A DNA stretch of 64,000 nucleotides from Candidatus Woesebacteria bacterium UBA1430 (GTDB lineage Bacteria; Patescibacteriota; Microgenomatia; UBA8517), in contig DCTW01000004.1 in NCBI GenBank assembly GCA_002329465.1, positions 66,933 through 130,932 on the forward strand, given 5' to 3'. Shown piece after piece: positions 8,896 through 18,599 of the stretch. Positions within the stretch are counted from its first letter, which is position 1. Each line of letters starts with the position of its first letter. The notes below the pieces were generated by a model, which saw only the letters and a program-made list of their open reading frames with translations, searched no databases and was not told where the DNA came from. A program made the translations under genes and the position numbers.

Positions 8896-10551
8896 TTAAA
8901 TCTCAATAACAACAGGGAGTATCATTGGTCTTCTTCCGGTCTCACGGAAAAAAAACTGCTCCAAAATTTCAACTGTCTCATTTTTTATCTGTCTTGCATC
9001 CCGTGCCCTTATCAAAGAAAGTTTTTTAGCCAATAATTTCGAAGCGTCGTTAAGAAAATGCTTAGTCTGCTTTTCAAAAACAAACCCGCGGCTTATTATC
9101 TCTGGGTTTGCAAAAAGTTTCTCTCTTGCTTTATCTATCTGAACTATAGCCACCACTATCCCGTCTTGCGAAAGTATCCTTCTGTCGCGAAGCACGACAT
9201 TGCCAACATCGCCAATACCAAGCCCATCAACAAGGACATTTTTCACCCAAACCCGCCTCCCAAGACGCGCTCCGTTCTGGCTAAATTCAATAACATCACC
9301 CGAGAGCAGTTCAAACACATCGCTTTCTTTAGCTCCCATATCAACAGCCAAACGCCTATAAGCTCTCATGTGCCTAATTGTTCCCCCGATCGGTACAAAG
9401 TACTTCGGCTTAGCAATGCCAAAAAGCATTTGAATATCCTGCTGGCTTCCATGTCCGGAAACATGAAGGTCCTCCTGCATATCATAATAATGAACATCAA
9501 CATTAAGCTCAAAAAGCCTATCAACTACAAAGTCCACATTTGCCTTTGATCCAGGAGGAGCAGGATCACCGGAAAATATCACTGTATCACCCTCTTCTAT
9601 TTTCAAAAATTGATGCTCATCCATAGCAGTTCTATATAACGCACTCCCAGGCTGTCCGTAAGACCCGGAAATAACATAAAGCACCTGATCTCTAGCGTAT
9701 TTTCCAATCTCTTTTGGGTTAATCATTAAATCATTAGGATAGTGTAGATAGCCCAAATTCTTTGCGATATCGCTTTTGGCAACCACGGATCTTCCCACCA
9801 TGCAAACTTTTCTATTAAGCCTACCCGCGACATTAATAGCCTGCTGCATCCTTGAAATATTCGATGAAATTGTGGTAAAAAACACTCTCCCATCGGCTTT
9901 TTCAACAATATCCTCAATTCGATCCTCAATCATCCTCTCGCTCTCTGTATATCCGGGGCTAGTCGAACCCAAACAATCCGACGCCAAGCACATTACACCC
10001 TTTGATGAAAGATATGCAGCTTTATTAACATTAAACGGTTTATTATCAACAGGAGTCCAGTCAAATTTATAATCCGATACATGAAGCATATTTCCAACAG
10101 GAGTTTCTATAAAAAAAGCAATAGAATCCGGCACTGAATGAGAAACACGAAAAGAAGTAAGTTTAAAAACTCCAAGCTCTAAAGGAGTATCTTTCTCAGG
10201 ATCAACCTCATTAATTTCGAAATCTTTTATATCATAATCGGCAAACTTATCTTTAATAAATCCCGCAGTTAGCTTCGAAGCGTAGATCGGAGCTTTTACC
10301 TCCCGCAACAAAAAAGGCAAAGCGCCAAAATGGTCCTCATGGCCATGGGTGATAACAATTCCTCTCAATTTTGAAGAATTTTCCTTAATGTAAGAAAAAT
10401 CAGGAATCACCAAATCCACTCCATACATTTCAGGATCCGGAAAACCTACCCCACAATCAATTACAATCATATCGCCGCCATACTCATAAACATAAAAATT
10501 TTCGGTAACGGCAGTAGTCCCCGATAACGCAATAAATTTTAATCTATCCAT
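8896..10551 (-). CDS. rnj: Ribonuclease J
   Basis: THGHEDHFG, SHSVPD, SDYKFD, HVSGH; C-terminal TGRRPMILPV. Confidence 0.95.
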   Translation of the reverse strand: MDRLKFIALSGTTAVTENFYVYEYGGDMIVIDCGVGFPDPEMYGVDLVIPDFSYIKENSSKLRGIVITHGHEDHFGALPFLLREVKAPIYASKLTAGFIKDKFADYDIKDFEINEVDPEKDTPLELGVFKLTSFRVSHSVPDSIAFFIETPVGNMLHVSDYKFDWTPVDNKPFNVNKAAYLSSKGVMCLASDCLGSTSPGYTESERMIEDRIEDIVEKADGRVFFTTISSNISRMQQAINVAGRLNRKVCMVGRSVVAKSDIAKNLGYLHYPNDLMINPKEIGKYARDQVLYVISGSYGQPGSALYRTAMDEHQFLKIEEGDTVIFSGDPAPPGSKANVDFVVDRLFELNVDVHYYDMQEDLHVSGHGSQQDIQMLFGIAKPKYFVPIGGTIRHMRAYRRLAVDMGAKESDVFELLSGDVIEFSQNGARLGRRVWVKNVLVDGLGIGDVGNVVLRDRRILSQDGIVVAIVQIDKAREKLFANPEIISRGFVFEKQTKHFLNDASKLLAKKLSLIRARDARQIKNETVEILEQFFFRETGRRPMILPVVIEI

Positions 10552-10568
10552 TATTCACTTTCACTCCT

Positions 10569-11609
10569 TCACCAGGTAGGTAAATATTCTTTTACATTAT
10601 CCTTGGTAATTTTAAACTTTTCACCCTTTCCTTCTACTATCATTCTGGCAATTTTTCTAACCATTCCCTTAATTGTCCTCTCAAGAGTTCTTATACCCGC
10701 ATCGTACCCTAAAGGCCTCACAAACTGTGACCAAACAACGTCATCTATCTCAATAACGTCAGTAGAAATACCGGATTCTGAAAGAGCTTTTGGCAAAATG
10801 TAATCGCGCCCGATTACTATTTTTTCCTCATCCGTATAAGAGGGCATTTGTATTGGCTCAATTCTATCCATAACAGCAGTAGCAATATTTGTCGTATTAT
10901 TGGCAGTGGCAATAAATATCGCCTCACTCAAATCAAAAGGATAGTCAATATAGTGATCCGTAAAAGCGTTATTTTGCTCGGGATCCAAAAGTTCCACCAA
11001 AACTCCCATTATCGAAGCCCTGCCTTCATCTGTTACTCTATCAATCTCATCAAGAAGAATAACACAATTTTTGCTCTGGGTAGATCTCAGTGATTTTATT
11101 ATCTTTCCAGGCTCAGCCTCGGGATGAAGCTTCGACTGACCCCTCAAGTCAAGGGGGTCTCCCATACCGCCAAAAGGAATTCGCGCGATTTTCCTCCCCA
11201 AAGCTTCTGCCACCGAATAAGCAAAAGTTGTCTTTCCTGTTCCCACAAGACCTACAAAACAAAGGATCGGAGCACGAGCAATATTTTGCCCGCTTTCCTC
11301 TTTTAATTTCATAACAGCCAAGTATTCAAGTACGCGGTCTTTAAGCTGGTTTAAACCATAATGGTTCTTATTCATAATCTCAGAAGCATGGGGTAAATCT
11401 AGTGAATCCTCGGTTTTCTTATTCCAAGGAAGATCTGTAATCCAATCAACATATCTGTTAAGTCTGTCTAGCTCCGGCAAAAAGGTAGGAGACTGCGTTA
11501 ATTTAGCCAACTGCTCAAGCCTTGCCAAAACACTCTCGGCTAAATCCTCAGGGATATTACCCGCCTTTATTTTTTCTTCCAATGAAGTAATTAGCTCGTT
11601 TCCTTCCAC
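10569..11609 (-). CDS. Lon-derived AAA+ ATPase module without N-domain or protease domain
   Basis: YVDWITDLPW, HYGLNQLKDRVLEYLAV, Walker A GLVGTGKT, Walker B ILLDEID, LLDPEQN, FIATAN, MDR, GIRTLER. Only 346 aa; GTG start. Confidence 0.85.
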   Translation of the reverse strand: MEGNELITSLEEKIKAGNIPEDLAESVLARLEQLAKLTQSPTFLPELDRLNRYVDWITDLPWNKKTEDSLDLPHASEIMNKNHYGLNQLKDRVLEYLAVMKLKEESGQNIARAPILCFVGLVGTGKTTFAYSVAEALGRKIARIPFGGMGDPLDLRGQSKLHPEAEPGKIIKSLRSTQSKNCVILLDEIDRVTDEGRASIMGVLVELLDPEQNNAFTDHYIDYPFDLSEAIFIATANNTTNIATAVMDRIEPIQMPSYTDEEKIVIGRDYILPKALSESGISTDVIEIDDVVWSQFVRPLGYDAGIRTLERTIKGMVRKIARMIVEGKGEKFKITKDNVKEYLPTW

Positions 11610-11629
11610 ACTTTTAATATAACACTCTC

Positions 11630-13873
11630 TTAACGTCTAAAGCCACCTTTTTTATTATCAGAAGAAACTAGTCTACTTGCTGGAAAATGAGGACCGGATC
11701 TTTGTGTCGATTTTCCCCCGCTTCTTCTGTTTCTGCCCAGATTTCGTCTGTCAAAACCCCTGTCGTTTCTATTACCCCGTGAATTATTGTTTTTTTCTTT
11801 TGAAGGATCAAGTATCATCGAAAGATTAATTCGTCCCATGTCATCAATTTCTTTTACCCGAACGTCCACTTTATCATTTACATCTACAAGATCCGACGGT
11901 TCTTTCACAAATTCTGTTGACATATCGCCAATGCGTACAAGCCCTTCCTTGCTAGGCAATATTTCCACAAACACGCCAAAAGGCTGTATTCTTCTCACTG
12001 TACCGCTGTATATCTCGCCAATAACAACATCCTTCGTCAATCCCTCAATTTTTTCCAAAGCACTGTTAACTGATTCATCAGTCATGCCGGTTATGTTTAC
12101 AGTCCCATCGTCCTCTACCTCAACCTCCGCTCCCGTATCGGCAATTATCTTTTTAATAACCCTTCCTCCTGGCCCTATTACTTCGCCTATTTTCTCCACA
12201 TCAATCTTCAAAATTTTAATTTTTGGAGCATATGTAGAAACCTTTGCTCTTGGTTCCGAAATAGTTTTAAGCATAGACTCTAAAATATAAGCTCTTCCCT
12301 GTTTTGCCTGCTCCATTGCTTTAGATAATATCGGCAGAGTTAAATTAAGCGTCTTCACATCTAGCTGTAAAGCGGTAACCCCATTCTTAGTACCGGCAAC
12401 CTTAAAATCCATATCACCATTAAAGTCCTCAATCCCGGCAATATCGGAGACTACCGAGTATTCCTTCTCGTTATTTATCACAAGACCCATAGCTATCCCT
12501 GAAACCGGCGATTTAATAGGTACTCCCGCATCCATAAGAGACAAGGTAGATCCGCACACCGAAGCCATCGAAGTAGATCCGTTCGAGCTTAAAACCTCGG
12601 ACACAACACGTATGGCATAAGGAAACTCAGCCTCGAGCGGAAGAACAGGCTCCAATGCGCGCTCGGCCAAAGCCCCATGACCGATTTCTCGTCTTGACGG
12701 AGAACCGATTCTACCGGTTTCACCGGTCGAATAAGGAGGCATTGAATAGTGATGTATGTAACGCTTCTCCTCTTCACCCTCCGCAGATTCAATAAGTTGC
12801 CCCAAAGAAGGTGAACCCAAAGTGGTCACAGTCAGAACCTGTGTCATTCCTCTTGTAAAAACAGCAGACCCATGTGTCCTAGGAAGCACACCAACCTCGG
12901 AAGATAGCTTTCTAATTTCATTCAGTTTCCGTCCGTCTGGTCTTTTACCTGATAAAATCATTTCCCTTACTCTCCGCTTCACCAATAAATCAAGGGTTTC
13001 AGCAGCTTCTTTTTTATTCTCTTCACCAACAGACTCAAAAACCGCTTCTCGAAGATCCAAAAAATCGGCAAATCCACCCTCCTTTGAAGACATTCTCAAA
13101 ATCAAAGAGTCAAGATCCTTCTCAACAATTTTCTTAATCTGATTCTCTAAAGAAGCGTTATGAGACGTTTTTTCGACCTTTTCTTTCTTATTTCCTACCG
13201 CTTTTGCAAATTCTTCGATAAAATCAATTATGTGAACTAGTTCTTTTTGTGCAAACTCAATTCCACCCAAAATGTCCTTTTCAGTTACTTCATTCGCACC
13301 GGCTTCAATCATAACTACTGAATCTCGCGTCGTCGCAACTACCAAGTCCATATCCGAATAAGCCCTTTCCGATTCACGCGGGTTCAAAAAATAAGCTTTG
13401 TCCTTTACTCCAACGGAAACAACTCCCACAGGTCCCATCCAATAAAGCTTCGATGCCGCCAAAGCGGCTGAAACAGCAATAGAAGCAGGATAAATTGGAT
13501 CATTCTCCAAATCAACCGACAAAACAGTAACGGTAATTTGTACATCCTTTTTGTAATCCTTTGGGAATAACGGCCTTATAGATCTATCAATAAGCCTTCC
13601 TTTTAAAACTTCGTCATCTGAAGGACGACCCTCCCTTTTTACCCACCTGCTACCCTTTATACGACCACCCGCATAAAGCCTCTCCTGATACTCAACGCTC
13701 AACGGAAAATAGCCACGGTCTTCAAACAAATCCGAACTAGCAACAGTCACAAGCACCACCGTTTCACCATACTGAGCAAGAACACTACAATCCGCCTGTC
13801 CGGCTAAATTTCCAGTAGAAAGAGTTAATTTTCTCTCCCCCAATTCAATTGTCTTCTCTATTTTTTTACCCAT
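11630..13873 (-). CDS. pnp: Polyribonucleotide nucleotidyltransferase (PNPase)
   Basis: RLIDRSIRPLFP, RREIGHG, SNGSTSMASVCG, GDMDFKVAG; KH and S1 domains; Arg/Gly-rich tail. Confidence 0.98.
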   Translation of the reverse strand: MGKKIEKTIELGERKLTLSTGNLAGQADCSVLAQYGETVVLVTVASSDLFEDRGYFPLSVEYQERLYAGGRIKGSRWVKREGRPSDDEVLKGRLIDRSIRPLFPKDYKKDVQITVTVLSVDLENDPIYPASIAVSAALAASKLYWMGPVGVVSVGVKDKAYFLNPRESERAYSDMDLVVATTRDSVVMIEAGANEVTEKDILGGIEFAQKELVHIIDFIEEFAKAVGNKKEKVEKTSHNASLENQIKKIVEKDLDSLILRMSSKEGGFADFLDLREAVFESVGEENKKEAAETLDLLVKRRVREMILSGKRPDGRKLNEIRKLSSEVGVLPRTHGSAVFTRGMTQVLTVTTLGSPSLGQLIESAEGEEEKRYIHHYSMPPYSTGETGRIGSPSRREIGHGALAERALEPVLPLEAEFPYAIRVVSEVLSSNGSTSMASVCGSTLSLMDAGVPIKSPVSGIAMGLVINNEKEYSVVSDIAGIEDFNGDMDFKVAGTKNGVTALQLDVKTLNLTLPILSKAMEQAKQGRAYILESMLKTISEPRAKVSTYAPKIKILKIDVEKIGEVIGPGGRVIKKIIADTGAEVEVEDDGTVNITGMTDESVNSALEKIEGLTKDVVIGEIYSGTVRRIQPFGVFVEILPSKEGLVRIGDMSTEFVKEPSDLVDVNDKVDVRVKEIDDMGRINLSMILDPSKEKNNNSRGNRNDRGFDRRNLGRNRRSGGKSTQRSGPHFPASRLVSSDNKKGGFRR

Positions 13874-14140
13874 TTACTTCAAACCCAAAATTTTCTTAAG
13901 ATCAACAAAGCGCTTTTCGTCGCGCTTTTGAAGATAGCTCAAAAGCCTCCTTCTCTTTGCAACCATGCTTAAAAGTCCCCGCCTTGAGTGAACATCTTTC
14001 TTGTGTAGCTTAAGATGTTCGGAAAGTTTATTAATTTTCTCTGTCAACAAGGCTATCTGTACTTCAGGAGATCCAGTATCCCCTTTCTCTCTTGCGTACT
14101 TTTTAATTATGGTCTGTTTTTCTTTAGTAGTTAATGCCAT
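13874..14140 (-). CDS. rpsO: 30S ribosomal protein S15
   Basis: [25 protein letters not shown]. Confidence 0.98.
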   Translation of the reverse strand: MALTTKEKQTIIKKYAREKGDTGSPEVQIALLTEKINKLSEHLKLHKKDVHSRRGLLSMVAKRRRLLSYLQKRDEKRFVDLKKILGLK

Positions 14141-14195
14141 ATTGTCATGCCAAGCCGAGATGAGGTTTTATACCACCTCCCAGTCATGCATCGCG
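14141..14195 (-). promoter_or_regulatory. Candidate structured rpsO 5' leader (possible S15 autoregulatory element)
   Basis: Minus strand AUGC-AUGA-CUGGGA-GGU-loop-ACC-UCA-UCUCGG-CUUG-GCAU can fold into an extended stem ending just before the AUG. Confidence 0.45.
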
Positions 14196-14201
14196 AAACT
14201 T

Positions 14202-14229
14202 ATAATAGCATACAAAAAAGTCTTGTCAA
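14202..14229 (-). promoter_or_regulatory. Sigma70-type promoter for rpsO-pnp
   Basis: TTGACA (14229-14224), N16, TATTAT (14207-14202), with an extended TGn. Confidence 0.7.
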
Positions 14230-14248
14230 ACACAAATTTTTTCGCCTT

Positions 14249-15109
14249 TTAAGAAATATTTTTAGTTCCTTTATAAATCTTTGGAGTTTGCATCCACTCG
14301 GAAGGTGGATTTGTACTCTCAACTTGAGGTTTCTCCATAGAAAAAGCACTCCTTAAATCAGCCGGGTTAAACCTCATTTGCTGCCTTGCAGGCTCGTTTG
14401 TTGAAGGAATTCTGCCCCCGGCACCAAAAAGCTCCCCGCTGATTTTAAAAGTATCAACACCAACTCTGGAACTTGTAAAGTTCTTGCTTCCGCTATAAAT
14501 CCCTGTCAACAAATTTGAAGCAATATCGGAATCAAATTCTGTAAATTCTTTAATATAAAAGGCGACAAGCTCCGATACAGATGAAGAATGCCTGGCAAAA
14601 GAAATTATCTCTAAAGAGGAAGGTAGAGAAATTTCAGTCACTCCAATATGTACAATTTTTACACCCTCAAACTCGCTGGAAGTTATTTGTGGAAAATCTT
14701 TCTGATTTGTCCCACCTATCAAAATAACAAGCTGAGAAGACACACCCGAATACGAAATTTTCAAATTCTCATCAAGCGGCGGATCATAATTCTCTTTCGT
14801 AACTACGGTTAACTTAAACAAACCATCATCACTATCGGCTGAAACACGCTCTATTGCCGTAGCATCATAGTTTTCAAAACTAATCACCAAATTTTTGTTC
14901 CCGTAACTTTCCCTAATCTTATCAACGCCGACAAGCCTATTAAAAGCAACCGTCATAGGGCTTGGGCAAGATATATTAACTTCGTGTTCCTTTTTAAGGG
15001 CTAAAAAAAGCGATAGCCCCGAGGCAACAAAATCAAGCTGCGGATTCTGGGGTAATAGTATCAGCGCTGATTTATAATTTTTAATAAAATTACCAAACGA
15101 ATTTTCCAT
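14249..15109 (-). CDS. Degenerate DHH/NrnA-like phosphoesterase homolog
   Basis: ILLPQNPQLDFVASGLSL (motif I-like), SSSVSELV, IASNLLTGIYSGSKNF. No DHH triad. Occupies the usual nrnA position after infB. Confidence 0.65.
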   Translation of the reverse strand: MENSFGNFIKNYKSALILLPQNPQLDFVASGLSLFLALKKEHEVNISCPSPMTVAFNRLVGVDKIRESYGNKNLVISFENYDATAIERVSADSDDGLFKLTVVTKENYDPPLDENLKISYSGVSSQLVILIGGTNQKDFPQITSSEFEGVKIVHIGVTEISLPSSLEIISFARHSSSVSELVAFYIKEFTEFDSDIASNLLTGIYSGSKNFTSSRVGVDTFKISGELFGAGGRIPSTNEPARQQMRFNPADLRSAFSMEKPQVESTNPPSEWMQTPKIYKGTKNIS

Positions 15110-15121
15110 ACTACTATCGGA

Positions 15122-16519
15122 TTAAAATCCTAATGATACTATCACATCTCCCCTATCAAAATCAAGCTGTGGAACAAATATTAATCCACACTCCTCACCC
15201 GCAGAAACCACTTTCACCTCAACTTTTTGTTTTCTCATAGAAATAATCTTGGCAACACCAATCTGTTTTCCACCCTCTAAAATTTTGACGGTATCACCCA
15301 AAGCAATTTTTCCCTCCTTAACTTTAATTCCGGCAACCTTTTTATTTTCATAAGGAAAAACCTGAAGAACTTCACCCTTTCCCAAAATTTTCTTTTTTTT
15401 AGAATCAACAATCTCAGCAAGTCTCTTAATAAGCTCATAAATTATCTCAAAGCTCTCAATCTTAACGCCTTCTGTTTCAGCTAGCTTCTTTACCAAAGAA
15501 CCTAACTTTACATCAAAAGTGAATATCATTGCCCCAGCGGCTTTAGCAAAAAAAATATCGGCATCATTAATCTCACCCACATCGGCACGGATAACTATCA
15601 CATCCTCGGGCAAACTTCCCAATACTGCTTCAAGGCACCCTGCACTACTGGCTTTAATCACCACTGCTATTTGCTCCTCTTTAGCTTTAGCAACGACATT
15701 GCCGCTTAAATTATCTACATTCTTCTCCCTTTCGCCGATCAAATCATCTTTTTTAATTTCGCTTCCCACACTTGGTGAAACAGAAAAACCCATTATCGCA
15801 ACAGGATCAGACGGACCAGCCCTTTCAACCGCCTTATTTCCCTCATCAAAAAGTCCTCTCACCCTAGCTTGTATGCCCCCGGATTCAATATCATCCCCTC
15901 TTCTTAAAGTACCGTTTCTAATAACACCGAAAACCAAAAGGCCGCGCTTATCCTTTCTGGTCTCTATAACAACGCCCTCGAGCTCACCATCGGGATCTCC
16001 TTTAATTTCATTTACTTGCGCAAACAAATTAATAAGTTCCAAAAGATCCTCAATACCCTCTTGCCTTTTAGCTGAAACAGAAATATAAGGAGTATCTCCG
16101 CCTCGCCCCTCAAAAAATACTCCCAACGCCTCAAGTTCACCCAAAGATTTTTCAATATTGCTTGTAGGTAAATCAGTCTTTGTAAATACAACCATAAAAG
16201 GCGTTTTTGACTCTTTAATATAACTTAAAGCTTCTTGCGTTTGAGGTTTAACTCCGTCATCTGATGCCACGACCAAAAGAGCAATATCGGCAATCTTCGC
16301 ACCCCGTTGCCTCATCTCGGAAAAAGCGGCGTGCCCGGGAGTATCTATAAATACTACCTCACCCTGCTTAGTATTAACCTTTGAAGCTCCTATGCCCTGA
16401 GTTATTCCTCCAGCTTCCCGATTGGCCACATTTGTCTTTCTGATAGCATCAAGAAGCGTAGTCTTTCCATGATCCACATGGCCCAAAACAGTTACAATCG
16501 GGTTTCTCGTCTTTAACAT
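15122..16519 (-). CDS. infB: Translation initiation factor IF-2, no N-terminal domain
   Basis: GHVDHGKTTLLD, EAGGITQ, DTPGHAAF; TKTD in place of NKxD; C-terminal GEECG. Confidence 0.95.
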   Translation of the reverse strand: MLKTRNPIVTVLGHVDHGKTTLLDAIRKTNVANREAGGITQGIGASKVNTKQGEVVFIDTPGHAAFSEMRQRGAKIADIALLVVASDDGVKPQTQEALSYIKESKTPFMVVFTKTDLPTSNIEKSLGELEALGVFFEGRGGDTPYISVSAKRQEGIEDLLELINLFAQVNEIKGDPDGELEGVVIETRKDKRGLLVFGVIRNGTLRRGDDIESGGIQARVRGLFDEGNKAVERAGPSDPVAIMGFSVSPSVGSEIKKDDLIGEREKNVDNLSGNVVAKAKEEQIAVVIKASSAGCLEAVLGSLPEDVIVIRADVGEINDADIFFAKAAGAMIFTFDVKLGSLVKKLAETEGVKIESFEIIYELIKRLAEIVDSKKKKILGKGEVLQVFPYENKKVAGIKVKEGKIALGDTVKILEGGKQIGVAKIISMRKQKVEVKVVSAGEECGLIFVPQLDFDRGDVIVSLGF

Positions 16520-16545
16520 AATTATTCGCCTTTCTAAGCCCCATG

Positions 16546-17562
16546 CTAATCCTCTTTTTGAGACTCTTCGCTCTCGTCCGCCTTTTCAACCTCAATTTTG
16601 TAGCCTGTAATCTCAGAGGCAAGCCTTGCATTCTGTCCCTCTCTGCCTATTGCAAGCGAAAGTTCATCTTCGCTTACGCTTACAACAGCAACTTTTGCAT
16701 CTTCATTAATTTTAATAGACAAAATATTTACAGGTGACAAAGAAGCTTTTATAAACTCCTTCTTATCCTCCGTCCAAGCAATAATATCAACTCTTTCGCC
16801 ACCAAGCTCGTTAGTCACAGCTTGAACGCGCACCCCCTTTTGGCCAACGCAAGATCCAACCGGATCAACCCCGGTTTGCGACGAAGAAGCAACAGCAATC
16901 TTTGTTCTTACCCCCGGCTCTCTTGCAATGCCTTTAATCTCAACGCTGCCGGTCGCAATTTCAGGCACCTCCCTCATAAATACTTTTCTCACAAACTCAG
17001 TATCGGCTCTCGATAACAAAACCTGCTTTCCTCTCGGAGTATCCTCTATATCTTTCAAAAGAAAAGTCAACCTCTGTCCTGGATTAAGCCTCTCATTAGG
17101 TATCCTGTCCGAAGCAAGCAAAAGTCCCTCCGTCCTTCCCAAATCCACTCGGACATTCGGCCCATCAAACCTTAAAACAATCCCCGAAATCAAACTTCCT
17201 ATCTTTCCACTAAACTCATCCATAATCGCGCCCTTCTCAGCTTCCCTAATTTTCTGATGAATAACCTGCTTAGCAGTCTGAGCTGCTATCCTTCCAAATC
17301 CCGGTGGAGTAACATCCTTTTTTTCATCAGGCTTATCCTCAGACCAAGCCACAATTCTTGCCTCACCGGTAACAGGATCTATTTCCGCATCATATTCTAA
17401 ATCTTCAACTTCCTCTCCAAGCTCTTTCGCGTCTTTTTTATATGCCGCCACATAAGCCTGCTTTATAGCATCCATAACCACGTCAAGATCAAGCCCGCGC
17501 TCGGTCACTATTGCCTTAAGGGCTTGACTAAACTCTGTCCTTTTTGTCATTTGTCCCGCCAT
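16546..17562 (-). CDS. nusA: Transcription termination/antitermination factor NusA
   Basis: FGRIAAQTAKQVI, IAREPGVRTKIAV, DPVGSCVG, LAIGREGQNARLA. Confidence 0.97.
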   Translation of the reverse strand: MAGQMTKRTEFSQALKAIVTERGLDLDVVMDAIKQAYVAAYKKDAKELGEEVEDLEYDAEIDPVTGEARIVAWSEDKPDEKKDVTPPGFGRIAAQTAKQVIHQKIREAEKGAIMDEFSGKIGSLISGIVLRFDGPNVRVDLGRTEGLLLASDRIPNERLNPGQRLTFLLKDIEDTPRGKQVLLSRADTEFVRKVFMREVPEIATGSVEIKGIAREPGVRTKIAVASSSQTGVDPVGSCVGQKGVRVQAVTNELGGERVDIIAWTEDKKEFIKASLSPVNILSIKINEDAKVAVVSVSEDELSLAIGREGQNARLASEITGYKIEVEKADESEESQKED

Positions 17563-17579
17563 ATATCTAATTTTTCATT

Positions 17580-17608
17580 AAAAAATAAGGTGGGCATTTC
17601 ATCCCACC
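17580..17608 (-). terminator. Leader terminator (rimP-leader-like attenuator) upstream of nusA
   Basis: Minus strand GGTGGG-ATGAAATG-CCCACC-TTATTTTTT, located between the promoter and the nusA ATG. Confidence 0.7.
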
Positions 17609-17630
17609 CCAATACTACTTAAACTTACTT

Positions 17631-17659
17631 ATTTTAAGATAACGCCACAATGAAGTCAA
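17631..17659 (-). promoter_or_regulatory. Sigma70-type promoter of nusA-infB
   Basis: TTGACT (17659-17654), N17, TAAAAT (17636-17631). Confidence 0.75.
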
Positions 17660-17666
17660 CAAGTGC

Positions 17667-18533
17667 TCAAAGGCCTTTTCTGCTCAACTGCTCAAGAAGT
17701 CTCCTTTGCTCACGACTCAACTCCTTTGGCACATCAACTATTAACCTTATATACTGATCTCCCCTCCCGCGTCCATGAAGAATAGGTATTCCCTTTCCTC
17801 TAAGTCTCATCATTGTCCCAGACTGAACACCTTTTCTAACTTTTATCTTTATTTCTCCATCTAAAGTAGGCACTAAAATCTCTCCTCCCAAACAAGCAGT
17901 TGAAAAGGGAATAAAAATTTTTACAAAAACATCAGATCCATCTCTTTCAAAAAGGGAATGTGGCTTAACATTAATGGATAAAATAAAATCGTCAAATCTG
18001 ATCCTGCTTCCGTCGTCAACTCCGGCGGGAATCTTAATTTTATGCTTTTTACCTTCAATACTAACCTCCTTCTCTGCACCGGAAACAGCTTCCATAAAAT
18101 CAATGTCTATGCTGTAGCGCGGAATACGAGTAGAACGGGTACCAAAAGGAGATCCGCCGCCAAAAAACTGCTCAAATATTTCAAAAGGGTCACCAAAATC
18201 AAATCCGGAAAAAGGATTCTCTCCTCCCGTGTTCGTCGAATAAGTATATGTAAACGGCCCCCACCTACTCTGAGCAGAACCAAAAGGCTGTCCTCCAGGT
18301 GAAAAAGCCTGATGCCCAAAATTATCATACGCCCTCTTTTTCTCAGGGTCGGATAAAACCTGATAAGCCTCGTTAATTTCCTTAAAACGCTTCTCTGCAG
18401 CCTCCTTATCATCTTTATGTTTATCCGGGTGCCACAAAAGAGCTTGCTTTTTATAAGCAGCCTTTATCTCCCCCGCACTCGCAGACTTATCAATCCCTAA
18501 AATATCGTAATAATCAGCCTTTCCATTAGCCAT
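17667..18533 (-). CDS. dnaJ: DnaJ co-chaperone lacking the Zn-finger (class II-like)
   Basis: J domain with HPD; G/F-rich region; C-terminal LRGKGIP...GDQYI; no CxxCxGxG repeats. Confidence 0.88.
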   Translation of the reverse strand: MANGKADYYDILGIDKSASAGEIKAAYKKQALLWHPDKHKDDKEAAEKRFKEINEAYQVLSDPEKKRAYDNFGHQAFSPGGQPFGSAQSRWGPFTYTYSTNTGGENPFSGFDFGDPFEIFEQFFGGGSPFGTRSTRIPRYSIDIDFMEAVSGAEKEVSIEGKKHKIKIPAGVDDGSRIRFDDFILSINVKPHSLFERDGSDVFVKIFIPFSTACLGGEILVPTLDGEIKIKVRKGVQSGTMMRLRGKGIPILHGRGRGDQYIRLIVDVPKELSREQRRLLEQLSRKGL

Positions 18534-18567
18534 AATTTAAAATTGTATCAAATTCATGCCCACCTGT

Positions 18568-18594
18568 TAAGCACTCAATCAATATGATTGCTAA
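18568..18594. promoter_or_regulatory. CIRCE operator overlapping the dnaJ promoter
   Basis: TAAGCACTC-N9-GATTGCTAA (one mismatch per arm). Overlaps the minus-strand TTAACA (18570-18565)-N17-TACAAT (18547-18542). Confidence 0.8.
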
Positions 18595-18599
18595 CACAC

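Noticed and set aside
15519..16088. 189-aa plus-strand ORF and the many similar short track ORFs nested in recognised genes
   Set aside because: Antisense or alternative-frame shadows of well-supported genes.
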